Part shown: in pieces, positions 22,344 to 32,227 of the stretch
Numbering within the stretch: position 1 is the stretch's first letter
Layout of the letters: every line of letters begins with the position of its first letter
NCBI GenBank assembly: GCA_963702475.1
Contig: CAVPCT010000005.1
Location: forward strand, 384,001 to 448,000
Direction: 5' to 3'
From: an uncultured Thermoleophilia bacterium
GTDB lineage: Bacteria; Actinomycetota; Thermoleophilia; UBA2241
Length of the DNA: 64,000 nucleotides
Notes under the pieces: generated by a model
Databases searched by the model: none
Told to the model about the DNA's origin: nothing
What the model saw: only the letters and a program-made list of their open reading frames with translations
Position numbers and translations under genes: made by a program

Positions 22344-23138
22344 TCAGCCGTCGCGCTCGCGGACCGGCACCGTCTCGGCGACGGGGGTGTCGCCTGGCTG
22401 GAGGCTCAGGGCCAGGGCCCAGGCCGCGGCGATGACCAGCACGCTGCCGACCGCATCCACGATGAAGTGGTTGCCCGTGGCGACGATGACCACCAGCACC
22501 AACGACGGGTACAGGAAGCCGCCCCAGCGCAGCCACCTCTGCCGTGCCAGCATGAAGAGGAGCAGCGCGATGAAGAGCGCGTAGGCGAAGTGCAGGCTCG
22601 GCATGGCGGCGAAGGGGTTGGCCAGAAGGCCGTTCTCGTAGATGGCCGGGCGCTTGCCGTACATGTAGCTCATGTCCACGATGCCGGCCGTGAAGATCAT
22701 GCGCGGTGGGGCCGTGGGCAGAAGGAGGTAGAGCAGCAGCGCCATGAAGTTCATGCCCAGGAACCAGTTGCGCACGAGCTTCCACTGGTCGCGACGCTGG
22801 GTGAACACCCACACCATGGCGCCGATGATGAGGGGCAGGTGGAGGGCGCCGTAGGCCCAGACCATGAACCCCATCGCCCCCGGGATCGAGCTGATGTGGC
22901 TCTGCACCCACGGCTCGACGTAGATGTGCATGGCCTTCTCGAGGTTCAGGAAGAAGAGGCCGTTGGCCATGGCCGTGTCTTCGCGGCCGACCACGAGCGC
23001 GCGGGAGACGTCGTAGGCCGCGTACATGGCGAGCATGAGGAGGCCCTGACGGAGCACGTCTTCGCCGCCGGTGCGGGCGAAGGAGAAACGGGCGTCGGTG
23101 AGGAGGCGCCCTACGCGGGGTTTCATGCGGCCGTTCAC
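22344..23138 (-). CDS. PAP2-superfamily membrane protein, AUR1/IPC synthase-like
   Basis: PTAPPR, NPFAAMPSLH, TGNHFIVD. Confidence 0.82.
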   Translation of the reverse strand: MNGRMKPRVGRLLTDARFSFARTGGEDVLRQGLLMLAMYAAYDVSRALVVGREDTAMANGLFFLNLEKAMHIYVEPWVQSHISSIPGAMGFMVWAYGALHLPLIIGAMVWVFTQRRDQWKLVRNWFLGMNFMALLLYLLLPTAPPRMIFTAGIVDMSYMYGKRPAIYENGLLANPFAAMPSLHFAYALFIALLLFMLARQRWLRWGGFLYPSLVLVVIVATGNHFIVDAVGSVLVIAAAWALALSLQPGDTPVAETVPVRERDG

Positions 23139-23360
23139 GGCGCCGGGACTCCCGTCAGGTGAAGTGCGTCATCGCGGCCCATCCAAAGAACGATAGCAGA
23201 GCCGCGGACGAAGCAGCAACTACGTCGCCGCGGGATCCTTTCGTGCGATCCCGTCGTATCGTGTCCTGCAGCGAAGAGAGGCGATGCGGATGGTCGCCGG
23301 CAGGCGGAAGAGGCGAACGAGGAAGGCGCCGGGACGCCTGAGGGATGGGCTGGTCGGCGC

Positions 23361-23436
23361 TGGTGGGCCGTGAAGGATTCGAACCTTCGACCTTGGGATT
23401 AAGAGTCCCCTGCTCTACCAACTAAGCTAACGGCCC
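23361..23436 (-). tRNA. tRNA-Lys(CTT)
   Basis: GGGCCGT acceptor, anticodon loop CTCTTAA, GGTTCGAATCC, CCA end. Confidence 0.97.
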
Positions 23437-23569
23437 ACACGTGGCGAGGCGCTATGCTACCAGCCTCGCCCAGTCTTGCCAAACCGGCGCCGCCGCGCCC
23501 GCAGTGCTGCGGCGGAGTGGCCTGGAACGGCGCCCCAGGACACGCCGACGCGCGGTCAGGGCGCCGCCT

Positions 23570-23803
23570 TCACTGGTCAAAGACGTGGCTGCCGGCCACG
23601 TCGTAGCCCTCTTCCTGGACGGCCGCCTCGACCGTCTCGAGCGACACCGCGTCGGGGTCGAAGTCCACGGTGACGCTCTTGGCCTCGATATCAACGTCCA
23701 CGCACGAGACGCCGTTGACCTGCTTGACGGCACTCTCGATGGCCATCTTGCAGTGGCTGCACGACACGGTCGGTACGTTGAGCACCGCGTGGGTGGTGGC
23801 CAT
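23570..23803 (-). CDS. CopZ-like heavy-metal chaperone
   Basis: HMA fold with SCSHC and terminal EEGYDV; alternative GTG start at 23809. Confidence 0.85.
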   Translation of the reverse strand: MATTHAVLNVPTVSCSHCKMAIESAVKQVNGVSCVDVDIEAKSVTVDFDPDAVSLETVEAAVQEEGYDVAGSHVFDQ

Positions 23804-23805
23804 GG

Positions 23806-24618
23806 TCACTCCTCCTCTCGGTCCGGTCTACCGAGCTCGGCCAGTCTGTAGGTGGCCGAGTGGCCCTCGCCGTGGTCGACGGTGACGCTGTCCACCGGCG
23901 CGAGCAGCTCGATGACCTTTCCTTCCCCGCCGGGGGTGGAGATGATCGCGCCGCGTTTGGGAGCGCGTTTGCGGAACGACAGGTAGACCTGGTGCTCGTA
24001 CTTGAGGCAGCACATGAGACGGCCGCAGCAGCCGGAGATCTTCGTGGGGTTGAGGGGCAGGTTCTGATCCTTGGCCATGCGGATGGAGACGGGCTCCTGA
24101 TCGCCGGCGAAGGTGGCGCAGCAGAGGCCGCGGCCGCAGGGGCCGTAGCCGCCGACGATGCGGGACTCGTCGCGGGCGCTGACCTGCTTGAGCTCGACGC
24201 GGCGGCGCAGCCGCTCGTTGAGCCGGCCGACGAGCTCGCGGAAGTCCACGCGCTCCTCGGCGAAGAAAGTGATGGTGAGGCGCCCGCCCTCGAAGGCCTG
24301 GCGCGCCTCGACCACCTTCATGTCGAGGTTCAGCTCGGCCACGAGCTCGCGGCACACGCGCTTGGCCTCGCACTCGGCCTCGCGGTGCGAGTCCAGGGCC
24401 CGCAGGTCCTCCTGCGTGGCCTTGCGCAGCAGGTGCTTGAGGCCTCGCGGCGACTGCTCGGCGGGCACGTCGCTGGGGCCCTTGACGAGCCGCCCGAGGT
24501 CGGCGCCCCGCGTCGTCTCTACGACGACGCGGTCGCCGGGGGCGAGCGCGAGATCCCCCGCTTCGAACTGGTAGACCTTGCCGCCGCCGCGGAACACGAC
24601 GCTGGCGATCCTAGGCAC
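23806..24618 (-). CDS. PSP1/YaaT (RicT) family protein
   Basis: RVDFRELV, GPCGRGLCC, KISGCCGRLMCCLKYE. Confidence 0.92.
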   Translation of the reverse strand: MPRIASVVFRGGGKVYQFEAGDLALAPGDRVVVETTRGADLGRLVKGPSDVPAEQSPRGLKHLLRKATQEDLRALDSHREAECEAKRVCRELVAELNLDMKVVEARQAFEGGRLTITFFAEERVDFRELVGRLNERLRRRVELKQVSARDESRIVGGYGPCGRGLCCATFAGDQEPVSIRMAKDQNLPLNPTKISGCCGRLMCCLKYEHQVYLSFRKRAPKRGAIISTPGGEGKVIELLAPVDSVTVDHGEGHSATYRLAELGRPDREEE

Positions 24619-25744
24619 GAGTCACGACCTCCTCGAAGCGCGCGAACATGGCCTGCATCGCGAGCTTCTGGTCGATGTTGAGATACAGGTCCTTGCGCGT
24701 CCGGTCCAACACAGTGAGCAGGCGCGCATAGTGGTCTGGTAGAGCGACCGCCGCTGCGACGAGCTGGTCGGCGCGGTCGCAGTTCCAGAGTACATCGGAT
24801 GCGCCGCAGGCTACCACCCAGAGGTCCCGCACCCACGCCGAGAGCAGGTCCACGGCATCCTGGGCCGCCAGACGGTGCAGGCGGTTCTTCTCCCGCCTGG
24901 TGCGCTTCTCCGCATTGTCCTGGTGGAACTTGAGGTCGCGCTTGTCCTGGAACTGCTGCTCGAGATCGGCGAGCTGCCGCGCGAGCGCCTCGTCCAGCCG
25001 GGTGTCGGTCTCCTGCACGAGGCGCTCGAAGACGCCGATGAACGCGTCGCACGGATCGGGGCCGTCGTCTGCGCGCTGCAGCGCCACAGCCGCCGCCGCA
25101 TGCCTGAGGTACTCCTCACGGCGCCGCGCGCCGCGGGCGTCGCCGGCGAGGCGCGCGGCGTGATCGACGGCGCCGTGGGACAGGCGCGCCAGCGCCTGCG
25201 CCTCGGCGCCCGCGAGCCCGTGGTGGTCGCGCAGGTAGGCCTCCACCTCAGTGTCACCGAGCGGCTGGAAGTCGATCACCTGGCAGCGTGAGACGATGGT
25301 GGGGATCACGCGGTCGAGGCGATCGGTGATGAGCAGGAACACGACATGGGTAGGCGGCTCTTCGATGCTCTTGAGCAGCTTGTTGGCAGCCGCGTCGTTG
25401 AGCTGCTCCACCTCAGGGATGATCCAGACACGCCGGCTGGCGGCGAACGGGCGAAGGGTGAGGTCGACGATGATGGGCTTGACGTGTTCGAGCAGGATCT
25501 GCGGTCCCTCCCGCTCGACCTCGTGAAGGTCAGGATGGGCTCCGCGACGCGCGCGCTCACACTCGGAGCACGCGCCGCAGCCCCGGCAGGAAGTGACGAG
25601 GGCCACCCCGAGCTCGCGTGCGAACGCAGTCTTGCCGAGCCCCTCCGGACCGCTGAGCAGGTACGCGTGACTCAGGGCGTCGTCGCGGACGGCGCGCTCG
25701 AACAGGTCCTTGGCACGCCTCTGCCCCGGGACGCGCTCGAACAC
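24611..25744 (-). CDS. holB: DNA polymerase III delta-prime subunit
   Basis: HAYLLSGPEGLGK, Cys4 Zn module, ANKLLKSIEEP, TIVSRC; follows tmk. Confidence 0.9.
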   Translation of the reverse strand: MFERVPGQRRAKDLFERAVRDDALSHAYLLSGPEGLGKTAFARELGVALVTSCRGCGACSECERARRGAHPDLHEVEREGPQILLEHVKPIIVDLTLRPFAASRRVWIIPEVEQLNDAAANKLLKSIEEPPTHVVFLLITDRLDRVIPTIVSRCQVIDFQPLGDTEVEAYLRDHHGLAGAEAQALARLSHGAVDHAARLAGDARGARRREEYLRHAAAAVALQRADDGPDPCDAFIGVFERLVQETDTRLDEALARQLADLEQQFQDKRDLKFHQDNAEKRTRREKNRLHRLAAQDAVDLLSAWVRDLWVVACGASDVLWNCDRADQLVAAAVALPDHYARLLTVLDRTRKDLYLNIDQKLAMQAMFARFEEVVTRA

Positions 25745-25745
25745 C

Positions 25746-26414
25746 TCACTCAGCCCCCGACCGCAGGCCAGCGCCGGCAATGGCCTCGAGGGCCGCGGTC
25801 TCCACGTCGACGGCCACGGCGTCCACATCGCGGAAGCCGTCGATGAGGCGCACGCGCCCGGGATAGCGGCGGGCCAGGACGGCGAAGCCGGCGGCCACCC
25901 GCCGCTGGAGCTCGAGCCCCTCGGCCTCGATGCGATCCGGCGCCGCTCCGGCCCGCGCGAGGCCGACGACAGGGTCGACGTCGATGACGAGGGTGAGGTC
26001 GGGCATGACGCCCTGCAGCCCCGGCTCGTTGACGGCGAGCACCTCGTCCACGCCGAGACCCCGGGCGAAGCCCTGGTACGCGAGTGATGAGTCGACGAAC
26101 CGGTCGAGCACCAGAACGCGCCCGGCCGCCAGAGCCGGCAGCAGCACGCGCTCGACGAGCTCGGCGCGCGCCGCCGCGTACAGGAGTGCCTCCGTCCACG
26201 GCGCGAGCTCGGCCGTGCCGTGCAGCAACACGTGACGCACGGCCTCCCCGGCCGGCGTACCGCCGGGCTCGCGGATGACGGCGCCGGGCGCGTCGGCCGT
26301 GCCCACGGGGAGCCCGCAGGCGGCGAGGCGTGCGCAGAGCAGCGCCGCCTGCGTGCTCTTGCCGCAGCCGTCGCAGCCTTCGAGGGTGATCAGCACGCCC
26401 GGGAGAGCATCCAC
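25746..26414 (-). CDS. tmk: Thymidylate kinase
   Basis: EGCDGCGKSTQ, REPGGT, DRFVDSSLAYQG; AAGGAG SD before GTG at 26414. Confidence 0.95.
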   Translation of the reverse strand: MDALPGVLITLEGCDGCGKSTQAALLCARLAACGLPVGTADAPGAVIREPGGTPAGEAVRHVLLHGTAELAPWTEALLYAAARAELVERVLLPALAAGRVLVLDRFVDSSLAYQGFARGLGVDEVLAVNEPGLQGVMPDLTLVIDVDPVVGLARAGAAPDRIEAEGLELQRRVAAGFAVLARRYPGRVRLIDGFRDVDAVAVDVETAALEAIAGAGLRSGAE

Positions 26415-26469
26415 GTCGTCTCCTTGCACGGCGGGGTCACGTCGCACGGCGGCACGCACCGCCGCGTGT

Positions 26470-28737
26470 TCAGCTCTGCTTCTTCGCCTTGGCCCGGGCG
26501 CGGAACTCCTCCTTGCTCGGGCAGTCGATGTCGATGCACAGCACCCACGGTCGCCCGCGGCCGCCGGCTCCCACGACCTTGATCTCCGGCCAGCCGCAGC
26601 TCCCGCAGGTCTTGCCGGTGGGCGTGATCGTGCCGCGCTGCGGCAGCGGGAAGGTCTGGCCGCACCCGCGCAGCTGCCGGCCGTCGGGGCCGGTCCGCGG
26701 CTCGTCGCCCTCCTTGCCGACACAGGCGACGAAGCGCTTGCCCGTCTTGCCGCGCAGCACGCGCAGCATGCCGCCGCAGTCCTTGCACTCGCCCAGCGTG
26801 AGATCTTCGCGCTCGCCGCTCTTGATCTTGTCGCGGATGTCGGCGATGTGACCATCGAGAAGCTTCCAGGCGTGCGCCAGCATCTCCTGGCTCTCCGCCA
26901 CGACCTCGTCGCGGCGGAGCTGGCCTTCGCTGATGCGGTCCATCTGCTGCTCGAGCTCCGATGTCATGCCTGGCGACGAGATGTCCACCGGCGCGTCCTC
27001 CATGGCGGTGTCGAAGGCGGCGATGAGCGCCACGCCCAGCTCGGTGGGCTCCACCGGGTTGTCGCGCACGTAGTTGCGGTCGTACAGGTGCTGGATGATG
27101 TCGGCGCGGGTGGCCTTGGTGCCGAGCCCCAGCTCTTCCATCTTCTCGATGAGCCTGCCCTGGCCGTAACGGCCCGGCGGCTGAGTCTCCTTGGCCTCCG
27201 AGTGCAGGTCGTCGACGTGCAACTCGTCGGCCGGCTGCAGCTGCGGCAGCGGGCGGTCTCGTTTTGCGGCGTACTTCTCGTAGACCTCCAGGTACCCGAG
27301 CGACGCGACGCGGGCGCCGTAGGCAAGGAACGGCTCGTCGCCGATGCGCACGTCCACGCGCTGGCGCTCGATGACGGCCGGCGGAAGCAGGGTGGCGAGG
27401 AACCGGCGGACCACGAGGTCGTACACCTTGCCCTGGTCGCCCTCGAGCGCCTTGGCCGGCACGCCCACCGGGTAGATCGGCGGGTGGTCTGTGGTGCGCT
27501 TCTTGCCCTGCGTGGGCACGAGCTTGTCCTGGCCGGCGAGCCGCGACGCCGTGGCCGCGACCGGCGCCCAGCCGACCAGTGTGTACAGGCTGCCACGCAG
27601 GTCGATCGAGGGCGGGTACACCGTGTTGTCGGTGCGCGGGTAGCTGATGAGCCCGTCAAGGTACAGCGACTCTGCGGCGCGCATGGCGCGTGCGGGGGTC
27701 ATGCCCGCGCCTGAGGCCGCGCTCATGAGCGCGGTGGTGTTGAACGGCGCGGGTGGCTTGTCGGGCTTGGCCTCGGCCTTGTACGCGGTGACGACGGCGG
27801 TGTCGGACCGCGCCCGGGCCAGCGCCGTCTCCATGGCCTGCTGCGTGCCGAAGCGACCCTTGGCGTGGGCCACCTCGATGGTGTCGTCACCGCGGCTCAG
27901 CGTGGCTTTGATCTCCCAGTACGGCACCGGGACGAACGCCCGGCGTTCGAGCTCCCGCTCGACGACAAGGCGCAACGTGGGCGACTGGACACGGCCGATG
28001 GAGAGATAGTTGGAGCCGAAACGGTAGGCGGCCAGAGATACGAAACGCGTCAGGACAGCGCCCCAGATGAGGTCGATGTCCTGGCGCGAGTGAGCCGCCT
28101 CGGCCAGGTTGAAGTCGACGGTGGACGGCTTGGCGAAGGCGGCCATCACGTCGTCTTTCGTGAGGGCCGAGTAGCGCACGCGCACGTGCCGGTCGACGAC
28201 GGCCGCGGGCAACATGGCCTTCACGTGCGGATCGCCGTTGTCGGCCGGCTCGGGCGCCGGCTCCGGGGCGGCCGCTGCCTTGCCGCGCCCACCCCTCTTC
28301 TTGCCGGCGCCCGGCTTGTCATCCGGGTGCCGCTTGAGCGCGTCGCCGCGCAGGATCTGGAGAGCCTCGTGCCCGATGAGCTCGCCCTCGCGGTCGTAGT
28401 CGGTGGCGATGACGAGCTCGGTGGCACCCTTGGCCGCGCTCCGCAGAGCCGCCAGCGTGCCCGCGGCGCCGCCGTCGACGACCCACGCGAGATCCGGGTC
28501 CTTGATCATCTCCCCGAGGTGCTTGAGGCTCCAGCGGCGGTACCTGTCAGGGAAGATCGTCTCCATCACGTGCCCGCGAAGACCGATGGCGACGGCGGAG
28601 TCGGCGTCGAGTTCGAAGTGGTACGACCTGACCTTCAGCCGGCCGCGGCCGTGCTCCTTGACGGTGGCTTTGCCGCCGCCGAGGATGTCTGCGATCTTGC
28701 GGGCGGCGTCGGCCTTCTCTGTGACGATGAGCTTCAC
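26470..28737 (-). CDS. topA: Type IA DNA topoisomerase (archaeal-TopA/TopoIII-like)
   Basis: IVTEK, ATDYDREGE, GRVQSPTL, ISYPRTD (catalytic Tyr), GTKATRA, C-terminal Cys Zn ribbons. Confidence 0.88.
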   Translation of the reverse strand: MKLIVTEKADAARKIADILGGGKATVKEHGRGRLKVRSYHFELDADSAVAIGLRGHVMETIFPDRYRRWSLKHLGEMIKDPDLAWVVDGGAAGTLAALRSAAKGATELVIATDYDREGELIGHEALQILRGDALKRHPDDKPGAGKKRGGRGKAAAAPEPAPEPADNGDPHVKAMLPAAVVDRHVRVRYSALTKDDVMAAFAKPSTVDFNLAEAAHSRQDIDLIWGAVLTRFVSLAAYRFGSNYLSIGRVQSPTLRLVVERELERRAFVPVPYWEIKATLSRGDDTIEVAHAKGRFGTQQAMETALARARSDTAVVTAYKAEAKPDKPPAPFNTTALMSAASGAGMTPARAMRAAESLYLDGLISYPRTDNTVYPPSIDLRGSLYTLVGWAPVAATASRLAGQDKLVPTQGKKRTTDHPPIYPVGVPAKALEGDQGKVYDLVVRRFLATLLPPAVIERQRVDVRIGDEPFLAYGARVASLGYLEVYEKYAAKRDRPLPQLQPADELHVDDLHSEAKETQPPGRYGQGRLIEKMEELGLGTKATRADIIQHLYDRNYVRDNPVEPTELGVALIAAFDTAMEDAPVDISSPGMTSELEQQMDRISEGQLRRDEVVAESQEMLAHAWKLLDGHIADIRDKIKSGEREDLTLGECKDCGGMLRVLRGKTGKRFVACVGKEGDEPRTGPDGRQLRGCGQTFPLPQRGTITPTGKTCGSCGWPEIKVVGAGGRGRPWVLCIDIDCPSKEEFRARAKAKKQS

Positions 28738-28828
28738 GACGGTACCTCACGTGGGATCCGGGCGACCCGGAGCGATGGGAGTTGGAACCACCGCCCGGAC
28801 GCCGGTGGCGAGATGACGTTGGCGGTGG

Positions 28829-29179
28829 TCAGTTGAGCGCGGCGATCGCCTCGTCCAGCGTGGAGTGGATGCTGAACACCCGGTCCAGACCAGTGATGGA
28901 CAGCACACGCTCCACCGCCCGACTCGTGACGACGAGCGACATGGCCCCTCCCGCGCCGTGCACTCTGCGCACGCCGCCGATGAGCACGCCCAGCGCGGTG
29001 GAGTCGATGAACGTCACCGCGCTGAGGTCGACCACGATGCGCTTCGCGCCGCCGTCGATGAGGTCGAGCAGGCGCTCCTTGAGCTGCGGCGCCGTGTACA
29101 TGTCGACCTCGCCGGACACGTAGATGACGCCGGCGTCCGCGTCGCGCCTCTCGGACCTGACCTCGAAGAGCTGGCTCAC
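28829..29179 (-). CDS. STAS-domain anti-sigma factor antagonist (RsbV-like)
   Basis: GEVDMYTAP, VTFIDSTALGVL, ITGL. Confidence 0.92.
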   Translation of the reverse strand: MSQLFEVRSERRDADAGVIYVSGEVDMYTAPQLKERLLDLIDGGAKRIVVDLSAVTFIDSTALGVLIGGVRRVHGAGGAMSLVVTSRAVERVLSITGLDRVFSIHSTLDEAIAALN

Positions 29180-29865
29180 GGCGCAGAGCTCGACGGGCTC
29201 GGGGTGGGGCTGACGGTGAGCGTGGAGGTGCTCGGACTCGGCGTGGGGCTCGCGGTGGCCTGCTCGAGCCAGTCCTTCACCGCCTGTGCGTCCGGCGAGT
29301 CGGGGTCGAGCTCCAGGAACCTGGTGAACGCCAGCATGGCGGTGTTCTTGTCGTTCGCGTTGATGGCGATGGTGGCAAGGTCGAAGAACCCCTGGGCGTC
29401 CTTCGGCTTGAGGCCGGTGATCTTCTGGTACACGCCCACGGCGCCGGCGAAGTCCTGGAGGTTGAGGTACACCCCTGCGAGCTGCTCGAGCGCGTCGAGC
29501 CGCTTCTGCTTTGCCGCCGCACCCTTCTCCTCCTTAAGGAGCTCGTCGGCCTGTTCGTACGCCTCGATGGCCAGCAGCCAGTCGGTCTTCTGTGCTTCGG
29601 AGCCCTCGGCGCGCTGGTTGGCGCGCAAGGTGTAGTTCTCAGCCAGGCCGAGCCACGCGTCCACGTCGGTGGGGTCGGCGGCGGTCTGCGTCTTGAACGT
29701 GGCGATCGCCGTGTTGATCTGCTCCAGAGCGTCGGAAGTCGTCGCTCCGCTGCAGCCGGTGTAGTTGCTGACGGGGATCATGATGAGGAAGGCAGCCATG
29801 ATGACGGCCATGAAGCCGAACACCCACTTCTGCCAGTACTTGACGCGTTTGCGGTCGAGCAGCAC
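29176..29865 (-). CDS. Membrane-anchored TPR protein
   Basis: N-terminal TM, TPR-like helices, Pro/Ser/Thr tail. Confidence 0.7.
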   Translation of the reverse strand: MLLDRKRVKYWQKWVFGFMAVIMAAFLIMIPVSNYTGCSGATTSDALEQINTAIATFKTQTAADPTDVDAWLGLAENYTLRANQRAEGSEAQKTDWLLAIEAYEQADELLKEEKGAAAKQKRLDALEQLAGVYLNLQDFAGAVGVYQKITGLKPKDAQGFFDLATIAINANDKNTAMLAFTRFLELDPDSPDAQAVKDWLEQATASPTPSPSTSTLTVSPTPSPSSSAP

Positions 29866-31317
29866 TTAGGGGGTCTCCTCTCCTGAGACGGCGGCGGGGC
29901 GCCACCAGCCAGATTCGGCCGCGCCCACCTGCACCCGGCCGGTGCGGACGCGGTCGCGGAGCTTCTCGCGCACGGCCACCGCCGCGCGGCGCACGGCCTC
30001 GGCCGCGATGCGCGTATGGTGGTGGTCGGAGAACAGGACGTCTCCGCCGACCACGGTGAGCAGCACATCGTCCTGGTTGGCGCCGTAGACGAGCGCCGAG
30101 TACGGGTCGTCGATCGGCGCGAAGTGCGAGGTGCCGACGTCAACGGCGATGAAGTCGGCGCACTTTCCCGGCTCGAGGCTGCCGATGTCGGCCTCGAGTC
30201 CCAGCGCCTCGGCGCCGCCGAGCGTGGCGATGCGAACGCACGTCTGCGCGTCGAGCACGGAGACGTCGCGTTCGACGGCGCGGTGCAGGAACAGCATGGT
30301 GCGCATCTCGTCGAACATGTCCATGATGTTGCTGGACGCCGGACTGTCGGTACCCAGGCCGACGCGCACGCCCTCGTGCAGCAGGTCGGCCAGCGGAGCG
30401 ATGCCGCAACCGAGCTTGGCGTTGCTCTTGGGGCAATGCGCCACGGCGGCACCCTTGGCCTTGAGGATGCGGATGTCGTCGCGGTTGACGAGCGTGCAGT
30501 GGACGGCCAGGAAGTCCCGGTCGAACACGTCCCACTGCTGCAGGTACTTGATGGGGCTCACGCCGAACGGCTGCACGAGCATGCGCTCCCAGCCCATCTT
30601 CTCGCGGTAGTCGTGGGCGAACTTGCCCGACCCGGAGCGGACGTAGGTGAGCTCCTCGCGGCTCTCGGCCACGTGGCTCATGACCTTGAGGCCGCGCTCC
30701 CGCGCCAGCGCGGACACGGCCTGGTAGAGACGGCTCGAGGTGGTGTACGGCGCGTGCGGTCCGAGGCCGACGTCGATCGTGGGCGGGGCGGCGGCCTGCG
30801 CCGCGTCCAGCCGCCGCTCGACGTCGGCGAGCGTCTGGTCGAGGCGCTTGTCGTCCACCCCGAAGACCTCGAGGTACAGGCGGCCGCGCAGGCCGGCCTC
30901 GGCGGCCGCCTCGAGCGCGTACCCCCCGTAGCTCGTATCGGCGATGGTGGTGATGCCTGAGGCGATGGCCTCGATCGCGCCGAGCCGCGCGCTGGCCACG
31001 TACTCCTCAGGCGTGAGCGCCGCCTTGACGTCGACGAGGCTGATGATCCAGTCGCCGAACTCGGCGTCGTCGAGGATGCCGCGGAACGACGTGTACTCGA
31101 TGTGACTGTGGCAGTTGACGAACCCCGGCATGACGACCGAGCGGCCGAGGTCGACGAGCGTGGCGTCCGGATGGGCTGCGACGACGCCGGGCGCCGAGCC
31201 CACGGCGACGATGCGCTCGCCCGACACGGCGAGTGCCCCGTCGGCGACCGGTGGCGCCGAGACCGGCAGCACCCAGTCGGCGCGGTAGATGGTGATGTCG
31301 TGACCCGTGGTGACCAC
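29866..31317 (-). CDS. Amidohydrolase, MTA/SAH deaminase (MtaD)-like
   Basis: PGFVNCHSH, PHAPY, HVAES, HCPKSNAKL, GTDSPAS. Confidence 0.8.
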   Translation of the reverse strand: MVTTGHDITIYRADWVLPVSAPPVADGALAVSGERIVAVGSAPGVVAAHPDATLVDLGRSVVMPGFVNCHSHIEYTSFRGILDDAEFGDWIISLVDVKAALTPEEYVASARLGAIEAIASGITTIADTSYGGYALEAAAEAGLRGRLYLEVFGVDDKRLDQTLADVERRLDAAQAAAPPTIDVGLGPHAPYTTSSRLYQAVSALARERGLKVMSHVAESREELTYVRSGSGKFAHDYREKMGWERMLVQPFGVSPIKYLQQWDVFDRDFLAVHCTLVNRDDIRILKAKGAAVAHCPKSNAKLGCGIAPLADLLHEGVRVGLGTDSPASSNIMDMFDEMRTMLFLHRAVERDVSVLDAQTCVRIATLGGAEALGLEADIGSLEPGKCADFIAVDVGTSHFAPIDDPYSALVYGANQDDVLLTVVGGDVLFSDHHHTRIAAEAVRRAAVAVREKLRDRVRTGRVQVGAAESGWWRPAAVSGEETP

Positions 31318-31587
31318 CTCGCTCGTGATGTGAGGGCACGACGGGACCCGCGGTGGGTCCCGCACGTGAGCACCGAGTATAGGGGAGCATCTCGCGCAGT
31401 GGCAAACACGGGTGTGAGGGCCCCGGGAGCAACGGCCACGCGGCGGTATACTCCGGGCACGCGACGACGGATGGCCCCGTCACCGGCGACCACAGGAGAC
31501 TCGCGTGCGCCACACAGCCGCCGCCATGTGCCCGTTCACCCGCGTCCCGCGCGGCCCTCGCCGTGCGGTGTCGGCCGGTATCACGCC

Positions 31588-32190
31588 GTGAGGGCGATCG
31601 ACCTCACTGTGGCGACGCGCGACCTGCTCGCGCCCTGCTGCGCTGGTTGCGCGTGGTGGCAGTCCCAGCCCGGCGTGACCCCTGCCCCCGGCCTGCGTGA
31701 CGCGTGGGAACGCGACGCGGAGGCGGAGACCGGGTTCTTCGGCCGGGCACTCCTGGAGGACGGCGCGGTGGTGGGCTGGATGCACACCGCGCCGGCACGA
31801 CTCCTGCCCCGCGCGCTCTCACTCCCCGCGGGACCCCCTTCGGCCGACGCCTACGTGCTCACCTGTGCCTACTTCTACGACGAGGACTACCTCCGCGGCT
31901 TCCACTTCCTGCTGCAGGAGATCACCGCGTCCCTCAAGCACCGCCGGGTCAAGGCGCTGGAGGCCTTCGGACTGGACAAGGCCGGCGTCGGCGATCCGTT
32001 CCGCGGCTACGTCCGTGAGCTCAACCTGTTCCACCCCGAGGTGCTCGAGGGCGACGGCTTCCGCCGCGTGCAGGTGAAGGGCGAGGTCGCCCGCTTTCGC
32101 CTGGACCTGGCTACTCTGGTGGCCGCGCCCAGGCACACCGTCGCGTGGGAACGCGTCGAGGCACCGGCCGGGACGCAACCGGTGTGCTGA
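31588..32190 (+). CDS. GNAT-fold acetyltransferase, actinobacterial type
   Basis: CAGCAWWQ N-terminus, GWMHTAP, RVKALEAFG; start inferred. Confidence 0.55.
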   Translation: MRAIDLTVATRDLLAPCCAGCAWWQSQPGVTPAPGLRDAWERDAEAETGFFGRALLEDGAVVGWMHTAPARLLPRALSLPAGPPSADAYVLTCAYFYDEDYLRGFHFLLQEITASLKHRRVKALEAFGLDKAGVGDPFRGYVRELNLFHPEVLEGDGFRRVQVKGEVARFRLDLATLVAAPRHTVAWERVEAPAGTQPVC

Positions 32191-32227
32191 CCGGGCTGTC
32201 CGCGCCGGCAGGTCGGCCCGGCGTCCG

